Origin: Ostreococcus lucimarinus
Taxonomy: Eukaryota
DNA length: 64,000 bases
Strand: one strand, 5' to 3'
Assembly: GCA_000092065.1 (NCBI GenBank)
Contig: CP000592.1
Shown here: positions 58,254 through 64,000 of the stretch, piece after piece
Numbering within the stretch: position 1 is the stretch's first letter
Layout: each line of letters opens with the position of its first letter
Made by a program: the position numbers and the translations under genes
Notes under the pieces: model-generated
What the model saw: only the letters and a program-made list of their open reading frames with translations
What the model was told of the DNA's origin: nothing
Database searches by the model: none

Positions 58254-60779
58254 CTACGCGATCGATGGGTGCTCGACGCGATGTTGGGGTGCGTGAGCGT
58301 ACAAGGTGGTGCGTTGAAGCGGAACGCGGCCGGCGGCTTCGATGATTCGACGCATTTCGCGCGCGTCGATTTCTTGCCCAAACGTCGCACCAGCGGCGCG
58401 AGTGATGGATTCATTCATGAGTGTACCGCCCATATCGTTGCATCCAGCGTGCAGGAGAAGTGAGGCGAGCTCGGGACCCATTTTTACCCAGCTCGCCTGA
58501 ATGTTCGTGATTCCCGCCGGTCCCAGCACGAGACGCGCGACGGCGTGCATCAGGATGCACTCGCGCAGCGTTGGACCTTTCCGAGACGCGCCGAAACGAT
58601 ACGTCGGCGCCTCGAAATGCACGAAAGGTAGTGGTACGAACTCCGTGAATCCACCCGTCTTGAGATGCAAATCGCGAATGGAGACGAGATGTCGCGCCCA
58701 CGCGCGCGGGCCGTCGGCGTCAATGTGACCGAACATGATGGTGCTCGTCGTTGGCACGCCCACAAAGTGAGCGTCTTCGACGACATCGAGCCATTCTTTC
58801 GCGGTGAGTTTATCTGGACAGAGTGTTTCGCGAACTTGGTCGTCCAAAACCTCGGCAGCAGTACCTGGGAGCGATCCCAGCCCTGCATCCTTGAGTTTAC
58901 GCAAGTATTCGCGAGCGCTCAGACCGAGAGTCTGCGCTCCGTGAGCGATTTCGAGCGGTGAAAAGGCGTGAATGTGTATGTCCGGTGCCCCTCGTTTCGC
59001 AGCTCCGATAAAAGCCATATAATCTTCGCCTGTGAACGAGGGATGAATGCCGCCTTGCATGCAGACTTCGCTCGCACCACGCTCCCAAGCCTCGGCCGTT
59101 CGCCTTGCGACTTCGTCCAAGTCGAGCAGGTACGGCGAACCGCGAAGTTCTTCTGCAGCCTTTCCCTTGGAAAACGAACAAAACGTGCACGCCAACGTGC
59201 AGATATTCGTATAGTTAATGTTTCTATTGTTCACAAACGTAACGGTATCACCACACTGCTGCTCTCGCAAAGTATTCGCGGCCTCGCACACCTTGTCGAA
59301 ATCGGCGCCTCTCGCTTGTAAGCACGTCACGATGTCGTCCAACTCATAGTTTCCGTCCACTATGGCGGCTATGGCGGCCAGAACTTCGCTCGATATACGC
59401 CTCTTGGTACCACGACAAGGAACAGAGCCATTCACGCCGACGATATCCACAAACTCTTTCTTTTCATCATCCGGACGTCCTGGCGACCATGTCGTACCGC
59501 GAACGAGAAACTCGCTGTCGGCGAGTTTGCGAAGATACGGCGAAACTTTGTCGTCAAGCCAAACTGCGGATCCCCCGACGCTCACTCGATCATCGTCTAC
59601 CCTCAAGTACTTAGGGTGCACTGGCAGTCTCGGGACGAGCGCGAAACCTTCATCGGCGCACACGGTGGCGAGCTCTTCTATGTGCGGCCATGGCGCCTCG
59701 GCGTTGACGTGGTCCGGCGTGACGCCCGGCGAGATTCCTCCCCAATCATTCGCACCGGCGCGCAAAAGGGCGCGCCAGCCAGCCTCTTCGCCTGGTGTAA
59801 GATTCGGTGGCGCCTGTATAATCATGTCTGCGCCAAAAATTAGGCGAGCTGCGCTCACCGTCCACGTCAACTCTTCCAGCGGAGGATTTGGAAAATCAGC
59901 CATCGCGGTGCCGGGTTTCGATAAGAAATTCTGTATGATGAGCTCTTGAATGTGTCCGTGCTTGGCATGTACATCGCGAAGCGCCAGAAGTGCATCGATA
60001 CGCTCTTCGCGAGTCTCGCCGATCCCAATCAATAATCCAGACGTGAACGGGATGCGCTCCTCTCCCGCGAGCTCGATGCACCGCAGGCGCGTCTTCGGTC
60101 GCTTTGTCTCACACCCGTCGTGCGCCATTCCCGGCCCCAATAACCGCTCGCTCGTCGTCTCCAACATCAACCCTTGCGACGCGCTCACGCGTCGTAGCAT
60201 CCTCAACTCGTCTCTCGTCAACACACCCGCGTTTACGTGCGGCAACAACCCCGTCTCTCGCAACACCGCCTCGCACGCCTTTGCCGCGTACTCCGCCGTG
60301 CTCGCGCATCCCAACTCCCTCAATCCCTCTCGCGCATCCTCCCGCGTCGCCTCGGGTCGATCACCAAACGTCAACAAACACTCCGTCGCCCCCGCCGCCG
60401 CGCCTCGTCGCGCCACGTCGACGATTTCCTCGAGCGTCATGTACACGCGCTTTCCAGCCGCGCTCGGTTCGTAGTCGACGAACGCGCAGTATCCGCACGA
60501 GTCCCGACACGCGCGCGTGAGCGGAACGAACACCTTGGGCGAGTACGTCACGACGTTTGCATTCGTCGTTCGCGGCGACGACGACGACGCGTCCCGGTTG
60601 AGGCGTCGGACGTCGTCGAGTAAATCATCAGCCGACTTTGTCACCAAGGCGTAGGCGGCGACGTCGTCGAGGACGGCGACGCGCGCGACGGCTGCGCGAG
60701 GACGGTGATGCGCGCGTTGGACGCGCGCGCGTGCGCGCCACGCGCGAGGACGCGCGACGTCGGCGAGCGTCTCGCGCAT
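58254..60779 (-). CDS. fbiC: Bifunctional FO synthase (7,8-didemethyl-8-hydroxy-5-deazariboflavin synthase), a CofG+CofH fusion of FbiC type
   Basis: Two radical-SAM halves each carry a CxxxCxxC motif (CRDSCGYCAF; CTLACTFCSF), with CofG-like and CofH-like sequence throughout. 841 aa. ATG at 60777-60779. Confidence 0.88.
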   Translation of the reverse strand: MRETLADVARPRAWRARARVQRAHHRPRAAVARVAVLDDVAAYALVTKSADDLLDDVRRLNRDASSSSPRTTNANVVTYSPKVFVPLTRACRDSCGYCAFVDYEPSAAGKRVYMTLEEIVDVARRGAAAGATECLLTFGDRPEATREDAREGLRELGCASTAEYAAKACEAVLRETGLLPHVNAGVLTRDELRMLRRVSASQGLMLETTSERLLGPGMAHDGCETKRPKTRLRCIELAGEERIPFTSGLLIGIGETREERIDALLALRDVHAKHGHIQELIIQNFLSKPGTAMADFPNPPLEELTWTVSAARLIFGADMIIQAPPNLTPGEEAGWRALLRAGANDWGGISPGVTPDHVNAEAPWPHIEELATVCADEGFALVPRLPVHPKYLRVDDDRVSVGGSAVWLDDKVSPYLRKLADSEFLVRGTTWSPGRPDDEKKEFVDIVGVNGSVPCRGTKRRISSEVLAAIAAIVDGNYELDDIVTCLQARGADFDKVCEAANTLREQQCGDTVTFVNNRNINYTNICTLACTFCSFSKGKAAEELRGSPYLLDLDEVARRTAEAWERGASEVCMQGGIHPSFTGEDYMAFIGAAKRGAPDIHIHAFSPLEIAHGAQTLGLSAREYLRKLKDAGLGSLPGTAAEVLDDQVRETLCPDKLTAKEWLDVVEDAHFVGVPTTSTIMFGHIDADGPRAWARHLVSIRDLHLKTGGFTEFVPLPFVHFEAPTYRFGASRKGPTLRECILMHAVARLVLGPAGITNIQASWVKMGPELASLLLHAGCNDMGGTLMNESITRAAGATFGQEIDAREMRRIIEAAGRVPLQRTTLYAHAPQHRVEHPSIA

Positions 60780-60872
60780 GAAGACGACGACGCGCGGCGG
60801 TCTGGCGCCCGGGCTTCGGGCGAGTCGGACGCCGGCGCGCCGGCGCGGGCTCGAAAATGTGTAAATGTACAG

Positions 60873-62144
60873 TTACAACCCTTCGAGGGCGATGGACGCG
60901 CGCGACGCCACTTCGATGGCTTCGCCTAATCCTTTCGTCGTCTTCATCAGATCCATGGCTTTGCGCACGAGCTCGTGGGCGGTAAATTTTCGGGCTGGAA
61001 GCTTTCGAGCGACGAGCTGCATCAAGTCGTCGTTCTTTTTGCACGCCATGACCTGCGAACGCATGCTCACCAAAGCCGCGGCGACGACGTGTAGGAACAG
61101 TCTCGCGCCACCTCCTGCGAGTGTGCCGTTGGCTCTGGATGTGGGTTCGTGATCGCCGCCGGCAATCAACATGTCCCACAAAAGACCAATCTCGGCGTCG
61201 GCGAGTTCTCGCGACATCAACACGACGACGGGTCTAAAAGCAAACATGCACTCCTGCGCGTTGAGAAACTTCAAGTGCTTATGCAGAGGTGGATCTGCAA
61301 TTCTAATTATCTCACTCAGCACTCGCAATCGATCGCTCACGCCCTCTTGACCTTTCGACGCCGACGGCGCGCTCTCGTGCGGATTGATGAGAAAGTGACA
61401 TCGATACGAACCTCCCATAAATTTCGCAAAGCACCAAAACGCCTCGGACTCGTTACTAATATCGCGAAGAAATACCGCGGCTAAATCGTTCATTCCTTGC
61501 GTATAGCCTATCACTGGATCCAAAATAGCGTACGCCTCCAGAATTCTCGTCAAGCGTTGACGTTGCGCCAGTCTCCATTCCATCTTCAATTCGTCTTCGT
61601 CGTCGCCGCTCAGGATCCCGCTCTCCCAATCCCGCGCGAACGTACCGTAGGTGAACGTCGTCCGCGGCGCGTCTGCAGCGATGATCCTCGACGCCTCAGT
61701 GAACGATGCGAGATCGCTCGGCAAATTCGCCAATCCTTTGACCGGTTTTGTAAGCCACCCCTCCAGCTCTGCGCATCGCCTTAGAAACTCGCCGTATTGC
61801 TCGCGTCTCGATCGTTTCCCTTGCTCGTGCTCCACGCTCGTGTTCGAGCATTTCCGCACCCCAAGCAACACCGGCCACACCTCCGCTCGCAACGAGTGCG
61901 GAATTCCTCCATCGAGCGCGCCTTTGCGCACTTCCGCGAGCGACGCGATGCGTCCGTCTTGGTCCGTCGCCGCGTACCACGTCTCGTGCGCGAGCTTTTT
62001 CTTCTTCATCGATCCACCGCGCGCGTCTCGGGCAAAGTAAGACGCGTACACCGACGCGCTCGCGAGGGCGAGAGCGAGACCAGTGCTCGCGACGGCGGCA
62101 CTCGCGAGCGCAACCTTCAAGGCGCGCGAATCTTCGGACGCCAT
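60873..62144 (-). CDS. TBC-domain Rab GTPase-activating protein
   Basis: IPHSLRAEVWPVLLGV (Arg-finger region) and YTQGMNDLAAVFL (Gln-finger YxQ) motifs. ATG at 62142-62144. Confidence 0.85.
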   Translation of the reverse strand: MASEDSRALKVALASAAVASTGLALALASASVYASYFARDARGGSMKKKKLAHETWYAATDQDGRIASLAEVRKGALDGGIPHSLRAEVWPVLLGVRKCSNTSVEHEQGKRSRREQYGEFLRRCAELEGWLTKPVKGLANLPSDLASFTEASRIIAADAPRTTFTYGTFARDWESGILSGDDEDELKMEWRLAQRQRLTRILEAYAILDPVIGYTQGMNDLAAVFLRDISNESEAFWCFAKFMGGSYRCHFLINPHESAPSASKGQEGVSDRLRVLSEIIRIADPPLHKHLKFLNAQECMFAFRPVVVLMSRELADAEIGLLWDMLIAGGDHEPTSRANGTLAGGGARLFLHVVAAALVSMRSQVMACKKNDDLMQLVARKLPARKFTAHELVRKAMDLMKTTKGLGEAIEVASRASIALEGL

Positions 62145-62350
62145 GGCGACGGTGGTGGATTACCGTTGGCGACACAAACTTTTGCGATGACGCGAGCGTG
62201 GGGGCGCGCGCGACGCGATGCGACGCGCGAGGTCGATGTGGCGATGACCTCGACGCCTCAAAGCGCTTCTCGGTGTCCAGCGTCGAGGGAAGGCGTCGAT
62301 ATGTGCGGCGACGGCTCGCGGTACGTTCTGTCAAGTACAGCGCTAGACTA

Positions 62351-63580
62351 CTACGTTCTACGCATCGGTTCGGCGTCGAGAGGACAGCTTAAAGATTGAT
62401 TGGATTGACCCGTAACGCGAATACCGCCGCGCATCGGTCCGGGCTCGACGGTGCCGAAGCGTTCCGCGAATATTTCGGGAAGCGGCATGGCGCCGACGCG
62501 CTCGTTCGGGGAAACCCACATTCGGACGAGGTGCCTCGGCTCGGCGCCTTCGTTTTTGAAGGCGCTTCGAGCGTGTAAAGTGGTGTGATTATGAAGCCAT
62601 TGAATATCACCCGGTTCAAGGGTCATGTCCAGACGCAATTCGTCCGAACACGCGAGCGCGTCCAAATGATCGAGCGCCGCGGTTTGCGTTTTACTCAACT
62701 CAACGCCCGTCAGCGCCACCGCGGAGTTGATGAATGAACGGTCGTATATTGCCGCGCACCTGCCTTCGTGCGCGTGAAAAATAGGTATTTTATACGTCGC
62801 TTCCTTGCCGACCGGAACTTCTCCTTTGCGCGAGACGACGAACTCTTTTTGAAGCGTGGCCGCGCTTTCTGGAAAGCGCTCGACGAGAGCGTTCCAAATC
62901 GCCACCGAAGACGTCACCTGACTGTGCCCCCCTTCCGTCGCTTGACTCAGACAAAGTAATCCCACGATATCCGCAGAATCAGTGTGATACGGTTGCGCTG
63001 CACTCGTCGTGTATAAACGCGTGAGCGGATCGTTCGGATCGCCCCCAAGGTCTTTCACGTGGCCCACGACGTGCCCCAGTTTGTTTTGCGGCACGCACGT
63101 GCCCATGTACCGACCCATGGCGTAAAACGCCGCGCAGCGCTCCCAACTAGAATATCTATGCACGGGAAAATTTCGCATCAGGGCAAAACCTCGCCCGTGG
63201 ACGAGCTCTCGTCCCATGTCTTCGAGCGTCGGCCCGAGCGTCGGCAGAGAAAAGTTTTCTGGACCGAGTTCGACGATTTCCCGCACCCCGTTCGCCTTGG
63301 TGCGCGCTAAGGCGTCGTCAATCTCCCGCACGTGTTCATGCGAAAGCTCAATCGTCCACTCGTACGACCGCTGCGCCATATCGGGCCCGCGCCACGCCCC
63401 ATCGAACGTTTCGAGTGCGCTCGCCGATGGTTCAGCTAACGCCGAGGCGCGACTTTCGAGGCGCCTACGCGCGAAACGCGATCGCGTCGGTGGTCTCGCG
63501 GCGACGAATGACGATGAATTACTTGTCGTCGTCGTCGTCGTCGTCCGCGCACACGAGCGCATATCGCACGCGACGCGCAT
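62351..63580 (-). CDS. TauD/TfdA-family Fe(II)/2-oxoglutarate dioxygenase (clavaminate-synthase-like) with an N-terminal transit peptide
   Basis: HTDSADIV (HxD) and a later HNHTTLHARSAF region. ATG at 63578-63580. Confidence 0.7.
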   Translation of the reverse strand: MRVACDMRSCARTTTTTTTSNSSSFVAARPPTRSRFARRRLESRASALAEPSASALETFDGAWRGPDMAQRSYEWTIELSHEHVREIDDALARTKANGVREIVELGPENFSLPTLGPTLEDMGRELVHGRGFALMRNFPVHRYSSWERCAAFYAMGRYMGTCVPQNKLGHVVGHVKDLGGDPNDPLTRLYTTSAAQPYHTDSADIVGLLCLSQATEGGHSQVTSSVAIWNALVERFPESAATLQKEFVVSRKGEVPVGKEATYKIPIFHAHEGRCAAIYDRSFINSAVALTGVELSKTQTAALDHLDALACSDELRLDMTLEPGDIQWLHNHTTLHARSAFKNEGAEPRHLVRMWVSPNERVGAMPLPEIFAERFGTVEPGPMRGGIRVTGQSNQSLSCPLDAEPMRRT

Positions 63581-63801
63581 TCCTCAGTCGAGGGGCGGCG
63601 AGGCGCGCTCTGTCGACGGAACCGCGCGCGACGCGACGAGTCATTTCGACGAGCGGTGATTTAACCAAACAAATATCCATTTGTCACATTTGCACTAATT
63701 CCACTCACTACGCGGTTCTCTCGACGCACGTCGCCCATCGCGGTTCTAAACCGAGAGGCGCTACGCCTGTCCCAAACGCCCCAAAAGTCGACTGAACGAC
63801 C

Positions 63802-64000
63802 TTACGCCTCCGTCGCGACAGCGGTCGTGTAGATGTGCTGCTTGGAGTGAAGGACGAGCGGCTTGATCAAACCCTTCGCCAAAAGGATGGCGATACCCTT
63901 GCGCGCGAGGGAGCACGTGATGCGAAGGCGATCGCACAAGATGGAAATAGTAATCATCTTGTACTTCGGCACCTCGGCGAGGAGCTTGTCGTACGTGGAC
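63802..64000 (-). CDS. RPS25: 40S ribosomal protein S25 (eS25), C-terminal part; the gene continues beyond the window
   Basis: The reverse translation ..TYDKLLAEVPKYKMITISILCDRLRITCSLARKGIAILLAKGLIKPLVLHSKQHIYTTAVATEA* matches eS25 ([40 protein letters not shown]). Stop at 63802-63804. Confidence 0.8.
   Translation of the reverse strand, partial: STYDKLLAEVPKYKMITISILCDRLRITCSLARKGIAILLAKGLIKPLVLHSKQHIYTTAVATEA

Overview
This window is a compact, GC-rich eukaryotic nuclear region, not a prokaryotic locus. It holds about 37 protein-coding genes in 64 kb. The gaps between genes are 25-500 bp and introns are few. Genes of bacterial type (rimO, purD, fbiC, GGPP synthase, ACP, L27) carry N-terminal Ser/Thr/Arg/Ala-rich targeting extensions. 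Third codon positions are strongly G/C, and TGTAA-like poly(A) signals sit near the stop codons. Together these point to the nuclear genome of a picoprasinophyte green alga (Mamiellophyceae, Ostreococcus/Micromonas-like). That assignment is an inference from sequence composition and gene content.

Recognisable genes include:
- a BRO1/ALIX-like protein and a UPL3/TRIP12-like HECT E3 ligase
- a thylakoid-lumen cyclophilin, RimO, acyl carrier protein, and an HPAT/SGT1-like glycosyltransferase
- a syntaxin, AtPH1-like PH protein, organellar ribosomal protein L27, a five-repeat polyubiquitin and Elongin C
- an ABC1-family kinase, RNR small subunit, QCR8, an EDR1/CTR1-like Raf kinase and a serine carboxypeptidase
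- XMAP215/MOR1, GGPP synthase, PurD, alpha-tubulin, DGAT2 and a Ulp1/SENP SUMO protease
- bifunctional FO synthase FbiC, a TBC RabGAP, a TauD-like dioxygenase and a partial RPS25.

I found no CRISPR arrays, rRNA, tRNA or mobile elements, and no prokaryote-style defence or biosynthetic system.

The most interesting observations are:
1. A small two-exon QCR8 gene that the ORF track does not show.
2. Every intron I could define shares one stereotyped architecture: donor GTGCG[T/C], branch point CTGAC 20-35 nt upstream of a CAG acceptor. This makes it possible to predict micro-exons for ACP, BRO1 and a candidate SYCP2/ASY3-like axis protein.
3. A fused CofG/CofH FO synthase.
4. Palindrome- and microsatellite-rich bidirectional promoters.

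Note that the ORF track reports GTG/TTG starts as M, so several ORF N-termini are not real ATG starts.
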